IMG/VR virus record: IMGVR_UViG_3300021961_000040
Coordinates: 1 to 64,000 of that record
DNA from: a virus
Direction: 5' to 3' (one strand)
DNA: 64,000 bases
In this document: one piece after another, positions 47,889 through 57,739 of the stretch
Numbering within the stretch: position 1 is the first letter of the stretch
Layout: each line of letters opens with the position of its first letter
Made by a program: the position numbers and the translations under genes
Notes under the pieces: model-generated
What the model was told of the DNA's origin: nothing
What the model saw: only the letters and a program-made list of their open reading frames with translations
Databases searched by the model: none

Positions 47889-48466
47889 GAATTACAAAGG
47901 AACACCTAAAAAAGATTATTAGAGAAGAAGTTCTTTTTTCAGAAGGTCTGCGTTATCACCTGAGAGAAGGCGTTTCTTTATCAGAATCTGTATACAGACC
48001 CGGGTCTAAAGCATTTTTTGATCTTATAAATGAAGCGCGCGCAAGATGTCTTGCGCACGAGATAACGCTATCTGAAACTGACATGGAGCTTATTAACAGT
48101 GATCTAGGCAAGTGGGGATTATATGAGGGCTGTGAAGTGGCACTTGACTTTCCTCTCACAGAAGAAGCAGATGTCATGCTTGAAGCAGAATATCGTGGTC
48201 GCAAAGTTAAACTTAATAATCCATCCCGAGGTGGAACAAAAAAATTCTATGTCTATGTTAAAAACCCCAAAACAGGCAAGGTAATGAAAGTTGCATTTGG
48301 CGCGAAAGGTATGTCAACAGGTCTTCGAGATCCAAAGCGCAGAAAGTCATTTAAGGATAGGCACAATTGTGAAGACAAGAACGACAAGACGAAAGCAGGT
48401 TATTGGTCTTGTAGAATCGGTAGATATCCAAAAGTGACAGGGGCACCCTATGTCACATGGTGGTAA
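47885..48466 (+). CDS. Phage conserved protein with shared leader
   Basis: RITKEHLKKIIREE; KKFYVYVKNP...RRKSF..RH.C...YWSC. Confidence 0.6.
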   Translation: MRITKEHLKKIIREEVLFSEGLRYHLREGVSLSESVYRPGSKAFFDLINEARARCLAHEITLSETDMELINSDLGKWGLYEGCEVALDFPLTEEADVMLEAEYRGRKVKLNNPSRGGTKKFYVYVKNPKTGKVMKVAFGAKGMSTGLRDPKRRKSFKDRHNCEDKNDKTKAGYWSCRIGRYPKVTGAPYVTWW

Positions 48467-48731
48467 AAAACCTTATTGGGATAAACAGCTAGATGAAAAC
48501 TCTTTTTTAAGAACGTTTTCTCTCAATTGCGACTCGTCAGAGCTTGAGTGGCATCGAGATGTGCAGAATCGTCAAGTCGAAGTTATCTCAGGTAAAGATT
48601 GGAAGTTTCAATACGATAATTGTTTACCAGAAACGATAAAACCTGGCGATAAAATTATAGTTGAAAAGAACGAGTGGCATAGAATAATTAAAGGTAGTAC
48701 AGATTTAATTTTGTTGGTACACGAAAAATGA
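48450..48731 (+). CDS. Cupin-fold protein
   Basis: WHRD...WHRIIKG. Confidence 0.6.
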   Translation: MSHGGKKPYWDKQLDENSFLRTFSLNCDSSELEWHRDVQNRQVEVISGKDWKFQYDNCLPETIKPGDKIIVEKNEWHRIIKGSTDLILLVHEK

Positions 48732-48940
48732 GATTGATAGAAAAATTTTTAGAGCATCCAAGAGAACAGGGTGAAACATATCTTGAGCACCTTTACCACG
48801 CCCTTAGGTGTGGTTTGCTTTTAAGCATTGCAAGTATTGCATGCATTATTCACTCCTTTATTCCTTTTATATTTAAGAATACTGCGACAGGTATTATGCG
48901 CAACATTCTTTACCAAAGGTGTAAAGAAGAAAAAAATTAA
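48728..48940 (+). CDS. DUF6356-like small membrane protein
   Basis: HPREQGETYLEH...IHSFIPFIF. Confidence 0.6.
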   Translation: MRLIEKFLEHPREQGETYLEHLYHALRCGLLLSIASIACIIHSFIPFIFKNTATGIMRNILYQRCKEEKN

Positions 48941-48967
48941 GTACAATACGCATAAACTGGAAAGTCC

Positions 48968-49309
48968 ATGAAAAAATTATTAATTGAAGAAAAATTTAAA
49001 AAAGCTAGACAGATTTTAGAAAAGAAAAAAGTTATGCAGCTTGAAATAGGCACTGATGAATATACAAGTGTTCTTGAAAGAATTATTAGCGATTTAAAAA
49101 ATGTCAAAAGCTCTCTTCGGACTAGATCGAGAGAGGGTGCTGTACATAGAAAAGAGGCGGGTAGAATACAGGCAGCAATAAATGCAATGAAATACCTGAG
49201 CAACAAAAGCAGAAGAATGATTAATAGTTCAACACTGAAGGAAGAAAAAATCGACCGTGAGACGTTTACTCGTTCAGACGTCAAAAACTTTTTAAAAACT
49301 TTTAAATAG
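48968..49309 (+). CDS. Hypothetical protein
   Basis: ORF track. Confidence 0.55.
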   Translation: MKKLLIEEKFKKARQILEKKKVMQLEIGTDEYTSVLERIISDLKNVKSSLRTRSREGAVHRKEAGRIQAAINAMKYLSNKSRRMINSSTLKEEKIDRETFTRSDVKNFLKTFK

Positions 49310-49317
49310 GATTTTTT

Positions 49318-49800
49318 ATGATCTTGCTATCAAATAAACCGCTTTGGGTATGTCCGGGTGGAAACCAGCTGAATAGTGAAGACTTTGCAAAAGAAGCTAA
49401 AAGCTTAATTGCTAGAGGATCTAATGTTTATGTCGGTACAGACTCTATGATCCGAGGAGAAAATTGTATATTTGTAACGGTTATTGCTTTTCACAGCAAC
49501 GAAGGAAAAATAGCTAAGTACTATTATAAAAAATTTAAGATAATAAACAAAGAATACATGAATCTTAAAAATAAAATAAACGAAGAAGTTAACCTATCAG
49601 TTCAAGCCGCTCAAAAAATAAATGAACTTTCACCTAAGACGCCTATCGAACTACATGTAGACATCGGAAGAAATAAAGAAAACAAGACCAGAATGATGTT
49701 GTCTTCTGTATCAGGTTGGGTAACTGGCATGGGTTATGATTTGAAAGTAAAACCTGATTCTTGGGCTTCGTCGTCCATCGCAGATAATCATACAAAGTAA
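49318..49800 (+). CDS. RNase H-like YkuK (DUF458) family
   Basis: VGTDS, EVNLS, ELHVDIG, KPDSWASSSIAD. Confidence 0.8.
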   Translation: MILLSNKPLWVCPGGNQLNSEDFAKEAKSLIARGSNVYVGTDSMIRGENCIFVTVIAFHSNEGKIAKYYYKKFKIINKEYMNLKNKINEEVNLSVQAAQKINELSPKTPIELHVDIGRNKENKTRMMLSSVSGWVTGMGYDLKVKPDSWASSSIADNHTK

Positions 49801-49818
49801 ATATAAGGAGGACCGTCA

Positions 49819-50139
49819 ATGTTTGGTCATTCACCTAGATCTACAATCGAAGAGCTAGTTCAAGAATCTATGCTTGGGATCATCAAAAGCAAAACAGGAA
49901 TTAAAAAGTCAGATCAGATTAAATGCTTAGAGTTTATTACTACTTTTAAAAAAGACGAAGAGGGCGTTATTAGAATTAATTCCATCTACCTTAAGTACAG
50001 AATGAAAGCTGGATACTCTAGAATATCATTAAAAGAAATAAAATTTAGCGGAGCGACAAGTAGTGAATTTGTAACTTATTTGCGCCACTGCGGAGCAAGA
50101 CAAACCACAGACAAAATAGGTTTTCTAGAAAGAATTTAG
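49819..50139 (+). CDS. Hypothetical protein
   Basis: AGGAGG RBS. Confidence 0.55.
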   Translation: MFGHSPRSTIEELVQESMLGIIKSKTGIKKSDQIKCLEFITTFKKDEEGVIRINSIYLKYRMKAGYSRISLKEIKFSGATSSEFVTYLRHCGARQTTDKIGFLERI

Positions 50140-50140
50140 T

Positions 50141-50169
50141 GTGTAAATCTTACTTATGTAAACTATAAT
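50141..50169 (+). promoter_or_regulatory. Sigma70-like promoter (GTGTAA-N17-TATAAT)
   Basis: Exact motif. Confidence 0.7.
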
Positions 50170-50191
50170 AGTGTAGCATAGGAGATTCACT

Positions 50192-51808
50192 TTGGATATT
50201 AGTAAACATTTTCCGTATCCTGTTCCACGCCCAGAACAGGAGCAGGCAATCGAAGCTGCACTTAAAGCTTTCTTAAAAAATGACAAGAAGTTTTTTATTC
50301 TTGAAGCAGGTACAGGTGTCGGAAAATCGGCGATCGGTTTAACACTGGCTCGTATCTTAAACGAACAGCTTTCACATTCTGAAGAGTTTGCAAGAGGATC
50401 CTATTTCCTGACAACTCAGCGAGTTCTTCAAGAGCAGTACGAAAATGACTTCGGACATCCGAACGGAAAGATGACGTCAGTTTACTCTTCTAAAAACTAT
50501 CAGTGCGAGTATCACAAGAAAAATGACTGTCGCACTAGTCAACAGATGCTTAGAACAGAAGATAAGTCTTCGAGATTTTTTAAGAAGTGCACTGCTGATT
50601 GTCTTTACAAGCGTGAGAAAAAGCTCTTTCTGGAATCTCCAGAATCAGTAACAAACTTTCCTTACTTTATTATGGAGTCAACTTATTCTGGAAAGATTAC
50701 TCCTCGCAACTTTTTAGTTGTTGATGAGGCTCACAATGCTGAGTCTGTTCTTACAAATTTTGTTGAGATTTCTGTAAGTCAGTACTTTTGTGATAAGGTC
50801 GTCAAATGCAACTGGCCTGAAAAGATCACGCCTGTTGCTTTCTACAAGTGGCTTCGTGATGTTTATAATCCAAAACTTCAGAAGCAAATTCTTTACTTTG
50901 AACAGCAGCTAGAAAATCTTGGTCTAAAATCTCGTGTAAAAGATTTGGCTTCAATTGCATTGAAGTATGACATGCTTAAGTCGCATTCGAATAAGCTCAC
51001 TCTTTTCTTAGAAGATTACTCTCCAGACAATTGGGTTATGGAAGTGGGCGAGACCGAAAAGCGTGGCTATGTTCGTGTAACTTATCGCGCCATTGATGTG
51101 TCGAAGTATGCTGAGACTTATCTTTTCCGAATGGGTCGAAAGGTCCTGCTCATGTCTGCAACAATTCTTAACGCGAAAGGTTTTACTAAGTCAATGGGTA
51201 TTTCTGAAGACGACTATGATTCAATTAGCATCGCGTCACCCTTTCCTGTGGAAAATCGTCCCATTATTCATGCCAATATTGGAAGTTTTAGTGCCAAGGT
51301 AATTGATTTTACTCTACCGAGAGCTAAAGACGCTGTCAAGGCAATTTTGGCAGAACACGAAGATGTCAAAGGTGTGATCCACTGTCATACTTATAAAATT
51401 GCTAATTATCTAAAGAAAGAGCTTCGATCGAAACGAATTCTTACACATAATAGCGATAATCGAGATGAGATTCTGCACAAACATATCACGTCCAAAGAGC
51501 CTACTGTTCTTTTAACACCTTCAATGACAGAAGGCGTGGACTTAAAAGGCGATGCTTCTCGATTCCAGATTATTGTCAAGGTGCCCTATCCTTATCTTGG
51601 TGATCCAATTATCAGAAAGCGAATGAACAAGAACGAAAAGTGGTATCCTATGCAAACTGCAATGACGATTGTTCAGGCATACGGCAGAAGTGTTAGATCA
51701 ATGGACGACAATGCCGTTACTTATATTCTTGACAGTGACTGGAAACATTTTTACAGCCAGAACAAAGATGTATTCCCAGCTGGTTTTCATGAGTGCTTAG
51801 TTAAGTAA
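50192..51808 (+). CDS. DinG/XPD-like SF2 helicase
   Basis: EAGTGVGKS, Fe-S-type Cys cluster, DEAH, MSAT, EGVD, QAYGRSVR, ILD. Confidence 0.9.
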   Translation: MDISKHFPYPVPRPEQEQAIEAALKAFLKNDKKFFILEAGTGVGKSAIGLTLARILNEQLSHSEEFARGSYFLTTQRVLQEQYENDFGHPNGKMTSVYSSKNYQCEYHKKNDCRTSQQMLRTEDKSSRFFKKCTADCLYKREKKLFLESPESVTNFPYFIMESTYSGKITPRNFLVVDEAHNAESVLTNFVEISVSQYFCDKVVKCNWPEKITPVAFYKWLRDVYNPKLQKQILYFEQQLENLGLKSRVKDLASIALKYDMLKSHSNKLTLFLEDYSPDNWVMEVGETEKRGYVRVTYRAIDVSKYAETYLFRMGRKVLLMSATILNAKGFTKSMGISEDDYDSISIASPFPVENRPIIHANIGSFSAKVIDFTLPRAKDAVKAILAEHEDVKGVIHCHTYKIANYLKKELRSKRILTHNSDNRDEILHKHITSKEPTVLLTPSMTEGVDLKGDASRFQIIVKVPYPYLGDPIIRKRMNKNEKWYPMQTAMTIVQAYGRSVRSMDDNAVTYILDSDWKHFYSQNKDVFPAGFHECLVK

Positions 51809-53548
51809 ACCTGCTATTTTTAACCATCGTTCTTGAAGCTGCTGATTTTGCTGTTTATTGTATTTGATAAATACTGGATTTTGCTCAATTGCTTCTCTAT
51901 ACCGCTTATTGCGCAATAAAGAATCTTCACTTCTATAAATTTGTAACAAAATATCAAGTGGCGTGTCAGGACTTTTTGCTAGCCGAATTGCAGCACTACC
52001 CTTAATGTACAAATCTTCTTTATTTAAAAGTTTTACTAAGACTTCTATCGGCGTACTACTCCTCTGTCTGGGTTGATCGGTAAAGATCCGTTCTCCATGG
52101 TTGAGCAATGCCATCGCGACCGTCATGTCTGGATCATCCGCGAGATCAAGTAATACATCAAGTGGTGTGCTTATGTTATCTGCCACTGCTGCTCGGACGT
52201 GCTTATCTTCGTCTTTAGAATATTTAATTAAGACGTCAGGTGAAATACCAGGATTCGATGCTAACCATCTATTCATTTTTGGCAAGTTGAGTTTTTCAAG
52301 CTTACGTATTGTCTTAGGTGAGATACTTGGATTTTTGGCAAGATTCAGTATAACATGGCTTTCTTTGTCATTAGCAAGATTTTCTAAAGTTTTTTTAGAT
52401 GCGCTTCTGTTGAATGCTACGGCGGCTTTCACATCAGCGTCTTCATGCCTTGAAAGTTTATCAAGTTCTTCGGGTGCAGTATTAAGATCACTTGCTGCCC
52501 GAACTAGAAGATACTTTTCCATATTTTTGTTTTGGATCGAACCGTCTCTTCTAATCAACAAATTTTTAAGAACATCTGTGTATTTTTGAAACAGTTTGTC
52601 ACTCACTGGATTGTCATTAACGTCCATAAAATGCATGTGACCGTAAGAAAACTGGTATCGTTTTCCATTATCTTCAATATAATAAAGCGGATCTTCTGGG
52701 GTGTAGTAATCATCAAAAAAATCAAGTCCCGGCGCAGCCGTGCACCAGGCAGTATCAATACCTAATTTAACAGCTGCTGCTTTGCTGTGAATCTCGCCTA
52801 CAACAAAACCGTTTTCATCAGGAATAGTATAAAAGCCCGTTTGAGGATTTTTCTGAGTCATATTTTCGGCTGCTATATTTAATCCTCCTCGGAGCGGAAT
52901 AAATCCTTTTATTACATTTTCTCCAGAAATTCTAGAGCCTAATCTCTTGTTTTCTGCATCTATTGCTTCTTCATGTGCTTCTATTATTGAAAAAAGCTCT
53001 TGCATGTCTTTTATTTTAAATAAGTCTCTTTTTTCTGGCGGGCTAATTAAGTGTTTAAACTGGCCAAATTTTTCTAAACTATTTCTAATTTTATTAACTA
53101 AAGTAACCTCTCCTAAGTTTCCGTAATTATTTTCTATTACTTCTTCTTCTTCTGTTACTGCAAAAAACAATCCTAAGTCTGACTTAAATTGTTTTATTAT
53201 CCATAAAATAGAGTTTGATCGATCAGCATCATCTACGTCTACGGGTATAAAATTATCAATATTTCTAAAAAGCTCATCGGCAGTAAGATGTTCTATCCCG
53301 TAAGAAGCTCCGTCAAGATGTGTTGGGCTTTCATCCCATTGATTTGTATATGGGCTAGGCTTGTAATTATATTTTTGAGCCGCAGATCTAATCGCTCCGA
53401 TGCCATCTCTTTTTACAACAAAAATCAAAGATTTCCAGATCTTCATTTTTTCTTTTTCAAGCTTAGCCTCAGCTTGCTCAACTGATATCGCCTCAGTAAG
53501 CAAGCTTTCTAAAATTATTTTTCTGAGTTGTGATTTCTTAATTTTCAT
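51797..53548 (-). CDS. Protein with shared leader, WCT-motif domain and LRV/HEAT-like repeats
   Basis: MKIKKSQLRKIILE; TAWCTA; VRAAVA.N..TP..L..LA.D repeats; ends LQERWLKIAGL. Confidence 0.7.
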   Translation of the reverse strand: MKIKKSQLRKIILESLLTEAISVEQAEAKLEKEKMKIWKSLIFVVKRDGIGAIRSAAQKYNYKPSPYTNQWDESPTHLDGASYGIEHLTADELFRNIDNFIPVDVDDADRSNSILWIIKQFKSDLGLFFAVTEEEEVIENNYGNLGEVTLVNKIRNSLEKFGQFKHLISPPEKRDLFKIKDMQELFSIIEAHEEAIDAENKRLGSRISGENVIKGFIPLRGGLNIAAENMTQKNPQTGFYTIPDENGFVVGEIHSKAAAVKLGIDTAWCTAAPGLDFFDDYYTPEDPLYYIEDNGKRYQFSYGHMHFMDVNDNPVSDKLFQKYTDVLKNLLIRRDGSIQNKNMEKYLLVRAASDLNTAPEELDKLSRHEDADVKAAVAFNRSASKKTLENLANDKESHVILNLAKNPSISPKTIRKLEKLNLPKMNRWLASNPGISPDVLIKYSKDEDKHVRAAVADNISTPLDVLLDLADDPDMTVAMALLNHGERIFTDQPRQRSSTPIEVLVKLLNKEDLYIKGSAAIRLAKSPDTPLDILLQIYRSEDSLLRNKRYREAIEQNPVFIKYNKQQNQQLQERWLKIAGLLN

Positions 53549-53551
53549 GGT

Positions 53552-53580
53552 GTGCAAACCTCAATAATACACATTATAAT
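53552..53580 (+). promoter_or_regulatory. Sigma70-like promoter (GTGCAA-N17-TATAAT)
   Basis: Exact spacing. Confidence 0.7.
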
Positions 53581-53601
53581 ACAACAATAGGTAGGGGAAA
53601 A

Positions 53602-54219
53602 ATGTTTAAACTTGCATGCAAAATTCCAAAGAAAGTTGAAGTCGCGTTGAGCGGAGGCCCTGATTCTGTCGCGCTTCTTGGATTTCTTGCAAAGAGTCGC
53701 AGAGATGTCTCTGCGGCTTTTGTGCACCACGGAACAAAAACCTCAGATGAGTCTGTTTATGTTGTAACAAGGCTTTGTAAGCAGCTAGATATTCCTCTTA
53801 GAATGACCACGTTGTCTTCTGTTGAACAGGAAGGACAAGGCCTTGAGGCAACCTGGAGAGCTTCAAGATATGACTTCCTGGATCAGGCAGAGCGCCCTGT
53901 GGCCACTGCACATCATCTTGATGATGCAGTTGAGTGGTGGATCTTTTCATCGCTTCATGGGGAAGGAAAGCTTATCCCGCGAATTCGTGGAAACTATCTT
54001 AGGCCTCTTCTCTTGACTAGAAAAGAAAAACTAGTGGAGTATTGCAACTATAATAATTTGCCTTTTTATATCGACGAAACCAATCTTTTGACTGATCGGC
54101 CTCGTGTTTTAATCCGCAATAAAATGATGTATGATTGTCTTGAGATTAATCCTGGTTTGCATAAGACCATTAAAAAGAAATACCTCAAGGAGATTGAAGA
54201 TGAACGTCAGGGTTGGTGA
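53602..54219 (+). CDS. tilS: tRNA(Ile)-lysidine synthase, N-terminal domain only
   Basis: SGGPDS, VHHG, RY, TAHHLDD.VE, RPLL, DETN, R..IRN. Confidence 0.88.
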   Translation: MFKLACKIPKKVEVALSGGPDSVALLGFLAKSRRDVSAAFVHHGTKTSDESVYVVTRLCKQLDIPLRMTTLSSVEQEGQGLEATWRASRYDFLDQAERPVATAHHLDDAVEWWIFSSLHGEGKLIPRIRGNYLRPLLLTRKEKLVEYCNYNNLPFYIDETNLLTDRPRVLIRNKMMYDCLEINPGLHKTIKKKYLKEIEDERQGW

Positions 54220-54403
54220 TAAAGTAGAAGCTTTATATCATATGAGCAACCGCGGTGTTGTTCAAGAAATTTATTATGTATCAGTGACTGCTGGAAATGG
54301 CGGAGGCTCATTTTCTAAGATGCGGAGAATTAAGTTTTTAAGTGAACTTGACGGTAAAGTTTATGACATGAAAGCACAAGATCTTCGTGTAATTAGAGAA
54401 TAA
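54200..54403 (+). CDS. Hypothetical protein (SH3/KOW-like)
   Basis: AGGAG RBS; VGDKV. Confidence 0.5.
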   Translation: MNVRVGDKVEALYHMSNRGVVQEIYYVSVTAGNGGGSFSKMRRIKFLSELDGKVYDMKAQDLRVIRE

Positions 54404-54422
54404 TCAACATATTTATTATAGA

Positions 54423-54629
54423 GTGAACAGTCAGACACGAGATATAACACGAAAATTCATCAGAGACATGACTGATGCATGCATCGTTACTAACATTTTG
54501 CTGATGGTTTTATCTGTCATTTTAGTCGATTGGAACCTATTTAAAATTGCGGCTTTATCTGGAAGCCTGTTAGTTTTAAGTCGGTTGTATCGTTATCATG
54601 AGCAAAAAGAAGAAGACAAAAAGCAGTAA
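54423..54629 (+). CDS. Small membrane protein
   Basis: Two hydrophobic segments. Confidence 0.5.
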   Translation: MNSQTRDITRKFIRDMTDACIVTNILLMVLSVILVDWNLFKIAALSGSLLVLSRLYRYHEQKEEDKKQ

Positions 54630-54837
54630 ACTGAAAGATCTTTACTTAGATCGTCCAACTTCACACGGGGGTTGGCCTAGCGGTCATAGTGGAAGCTATA
54701 GAGACGCTGATACACCCGTCTACAAACAAATTGCAAAATACTTAGAAGATATGGGTCTTCTTGAGTCGCCTGACCATGCTGTCTTGAGTGAACAAAAACT
54801 TAGACAGATCGTCAGGCGTTTTCTTTTAAACTCTTAA
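54598..54837 (+). CDS. Hypothetical protein
   Basis: C-terminal LSEQKLRQIVR leader-like motif. Confidence 0.5.
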   Translation: MSKKKKTKSSKLKDLYLDRPTSHGGWPSGHSGSYRDADTPVYKQIAKYLEDMGLLESPDHAVLSEQKLRQIVRRFLLNS

Positions 54838-54845
54838 AATCAGGT

Positions 54846-55367
54846 ATGTTGATGAAAAATCTAGAAAAACTTAGAGTTCTGACCGAAAATATTAGCAGAG
54901 AAGAAGAAAAAAGAATACAAGAACTTTCTCTTTATCAGTCTTTTTTTAAAGAAATTCCTGTGAAAACATTTGTCTGGTCTATAGACAAAGATCTAAAAAT
55001 AAGAGTTAAAAATAAAAAATCTTTAAAAGGTAATATCAGCGGAAAAGTTTTAAAAAACGGAACACTCAGAGACGCTTTTTCATGCAAAGACATGAATGAA
55101 ATTAATATTCAATATCATAAATCTGCGCTTAAAGGATTTAAACAAACTTATCTTAGTTATGAAGAAGATTCTACTTTTTTAACTACTTTAATTCCTGTAA
55201 AAGAAAATGATGAAAGAGTTGTTTACGGCTGTTCTTGGGACGTTACAACTATTATTGAAATTCTAGATTTGTCAAAGACATTGCCAGAAGATTGCAAAAA
55301 GTCTTTAACTCAAATTATAGAAAAAAATCCTATGTATAGCTTAGTAAGTCAATTGAGGTTAACATGA
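54846..55367 (+). CDS. PAS-like domain protein
   Basis: W.IDKDL...ALKG...P...VYG...DVT pattern. Confidence 0.5.
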   Translation: MLMKNLEKLRVLTENISREEEKRIQELSLYQSFFKEIPVKTFVWSIDKDLKIRVKNKKSLKGNISGKVLKNGTLRDAFSCKDMNEINIQYHKSALKGFKQTYLSYEEDSTFLTTLIPVKENDERVVYGCSWDVTTIIEILDLSKTLPEDCKKSLTQIIEKNPMYSLVSQLRLT

Positions 55368-55690
55368 GTTCAGATAGTCAAAATGGATGGGGCGAGTACT
55401 CTCGATTAGTTTTAAAAGAGCTTGAAACATTGGCAACGGGTATTGAATCTTTAAGATCTGAACTTCTTGATGTGAAGCAAGAACTTGCAGCAATTAGAGC
55501 AAAAGAAGACAAAATTCATGAACTGAGAGAATGGAAGTCTAAAATTGACGATGTGACTTCTCCTACACAACTTAAATCGCTTGTTAACGAAGTACAAGAA
55601 TTAAAGCTTTTTAGGACAAAAGCCGTCACAGTATTTGCTGTAGTTCAGTTCTTGATGGCTGCCGCAGTTGCGGCTTCAAAGATTTTTTAA
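55364..55690 (+). CDS. Coiled-coil protein with C-terminal TM
   Basis: Heptad pattern; GAGG RBS. Confidence 0.55.
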   Translation: MSSDSQNGWGEYSRLVLKELETLATGIESLRSELLDVKQELAAIRAKEDKIHELREWKSKIDDVTSPTQLKSLVNEVQELKLFRTKAVTVFAVVQFLMAAAVAASKIF

Positions 55691-55755
55691 AAAATCAAAG
55701 TATGTAAACTTATTTCACTTAAGTTATTATACATTTAAGAAACATAGGAATTTAA

Positions 55756-56071
55756 GTGAAAGAAGTTTTAAAAAAGTATTATCTACCGCATAGAGAGTCT
55801 AAAGAATCTGAGAAAGATCTAGTCGAGAGAATTGATAAAAAGATTATTGAAGATCAATTTAATTATATTTCTAATAGAGATATATTTATAAAAGAGGATT
55901 TTTGTGGCGATTCGCGAGAGAATTGAACTAAGAGAGATTAATGGTACGATGTACCTTATTAAATATAGCGAAGTGGATCGTCACGAAGGTTATACTAGTT
56001 ATAGCTTTTGTTTTCTTCGTGAAGCATCTGAACAAGACATTAAAGAGCATAAATCTACAAAAGGAAAGTGA
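55756..56071 (+). pseudogene. Hypothetical gene broken by +1 at T5 (55899-55903)
   Basis: Removing one T gives a continuous ORF of about 104 aa ending TGA just before the next gene. Confidence 0.5.
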
Positions 56072-56072
56072 C

Positions 56073-56459
56073 TTGAAAAAAAATAAACCAGTTCTAGAAA
56101 CACTTACTGGAAGCAGTGATGATACATCTACCATAGAAGAATTAGAAAAAAGCTTTGAGTCAATTGAAGAACTTAAAGTAAATGCTGAAGATGTAGAAGA
56201 AATGTTGCAAAAGTTACTTGATACAGACTGGGATGATGATATTGTAAATGAAATGGCCGGCCCGGCCTATATGCTCTCTTTGTCAAAGGATATAGAATAC
56301 TTCTATAGCATTAATAGAAAGACGTTTGTACCAGTTAAAAATAATATTGAAGTAATTCCTGTGAGTATTGATCAAAATACTACCTCTAATTATTTTGCAA
56401 TTAATAATGAAATATTTAGCATTGATTCTAGCAAAGTTATTTGTATTGGTTGGAACTAA
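56073..56459 (+). CDS. Hypothetical protein
   Basis: AGGA RBS before TTG 56073. Confidence 0.55.
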   Translation: MKKNKPVLETLTGSSDDTSTIEELEKSFESIEELKVNAEDVEEMLQKLLDTDWDDDIVNEMAGPAYMLSLSKDIEYFYSINRKTFVPVKNNIEVIPVSIDQNTTSNYFAINNEIFSIDSSKVICIGWN

Positions 56460-56797
56460 TGAAACTTGATCATGTCGCAGTAATTTCAACAGACATTGAC
56501 GAGTCTGTTAAGTGGTATAAGAAAATGTGGGACGACGCAAAAGTCTTGTACCAGGATAATACGTGGGCGTTTTTAGAGTCTGAAGATTCTAAAATTGCTT
56601 TTGTTACTCCTAAACAACACCCATCTCATGTTGCTTTTAGAGTAGAAAGTAAAGAGCAAGAAGATTTTTTAAATACAATGTTTCCTAATCACGGGTGGAA
56701 GCTTCATAGAGATGGTTCAAAGTCTTTTTATGCCAAAGACCCTTCTGGTAATTTTGTTGAGTTTATAAAATATGAAGAAATTAAAAAAGAAAATTAA
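56459..56797 (+). CDS. VOC/glyoxalase family protein
   Basis: LDHVAV..DIDESVKWY, HVAF, DPSGNFVE. Confidence 0.85.
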   Translation: MKLDHVAVISTDIDESVKWYKKMWDDAKVLYQDNTWAFLESEDSKIAFVTPKQHPSHVAFRVESKEQEDFLNTMFPNHGWKLHRDGSKSFYAKDPSGNFVEFIKYEEIKKEN

Positions 56798-56972
56798 AGA
56801 CTTTGTTTACGTGGTCAACTATCCAGCAGGTGTAGATGAACAATGGGATAAGGAGGCTATTGAAAGCTTTAATAAGCTTTTAGATAGCTCAAATTTGATA
56901 TTGCTTATTGTGATTTTTGGAATACCCGTAGGAAGCTTTCTTACACTATTGATACAAAATTATGGGAAATAA
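56772..56972 (+). CDS. Small membrane protein
   Basis: C-terminal TM. Confidence 0.45.
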   Translation: MKKLKKKIKDFVYVVNYPAGVDEQWDKEAIESFNKLLDSSNLILLIVIFGIPVGSFLTLLIQNYGK

Positions 56973-57067
56973 ATCAAGCCTATTTGAATACTTATTTATA
57001 ATTGCGATTATAGTGCCTATTGTGTATTATCAAGTTATTAAGTTAGCAATTAAATCTGAGTTTTTAT

Positions 57068-57289
57068 ATGACAGAATTAGAAATAATAAAGCTTCTTCTA
57101 GAAGAGCTGGAAGGACAAGCTACACACTTAAGGGTATCAAGAGGTTACGGTGTTGGGCATCCTCACTGGGAAGAAAGAGCTGGAAAGCAGATGTTGGGTG
57201 ATACTCCTTATGCACCAGAAGAAGAAGAATCAAAAGAAACAACTCAAGAATTTAAAAAAGTAAAAGTAAGTAGAGTATTTAAAAAATGA
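57068..57289 (+). CDS. Hypothetical protein
   Basis: ORF track. Confidence 0.5.
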   Translation: MTELEIIKLLLEELEGQATHLRVSRGYGVGHPHWEERAGKQMLGDTPYAPEEEESKETTQEFKKVKVSRVFKK

Positions 57290-57474
57290 ATTACCTGAAA
57301 ATGTATTGTGATATTTTTGGTTTAATACTCAAAAAAGACAGTGTCTTTGACAAAGAAAATAATCTAGTTGGGAAAGTCGAAGACAAAAAATATATCCACT
57401 TCACATATCAGAGCAACCCGGTCAAACTATCAGATCTTTGGTTAGCTGTATTTGAAAGAATTCGTGTACATTGA
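57286..57474 (+). CDS. Hypothetical protein
   Basis: ATGA overlap. Confidence 0.5.
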   Translation: MNYLKMYCDIFGLILKKDSVFDKENNLVGKVEDKKYIHFTYQSNPVKLSDLWLAVFERIRVH

Positions 57475-57492
57475 TTAAATCCAAAGTATAAT
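57464..57492 (+). promoter_or_regulatory. Sigma70-like promoter (GTGTAC-N17-TATAAT)
   Basis: Exact spacing, upstream of bS21. Confidence 0.65.
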
Positions 57493-57520
57493 AAAAGCAA
57501 CCATTTTAAAGGAGCAAAAA

Positions 57521-57712
57521 ATGGCAACCGTTAAAGCTAAGAAAAATGAAAGACCCGATTCTCTAATTAGACGTTTTCAGCTTGCAGTCGAGCAATCAGG
57601 AATTATGAAGGAACTTAAGCTTCGTCGATATTTTATGACAAATGCTGAAAAGAAAAAAGCAAAGCGTAAGGCAGCTGAAAAGCGCCGCCGCAAAGAAGCA
57701 GAAGGCAAGTAG
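57521..57712 (+). CDS. rpsU: 30S ribosomal protein bS21
   Basis: V...NE..DSLIRRF...V..SGIMKEL..RRYF....EKKK.K..AA.KR. Confidence 0.85.
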   Translation: MATVKAKKNERPDSLIRRFQLAVEQSGIMKELKLRRYFMTNAEKKKAKRKAAEKRRRKEAEGK

Positions 57713-57739
57713 AATTCCAGAAGTATATTTATATATACT

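Noticed and set aside
55941-56072. N-terminal TM extension of ORF 55941-56459
   Set aside because: It overlaps the frameshifted upstream gene; there is a better start with RBS at 56073.
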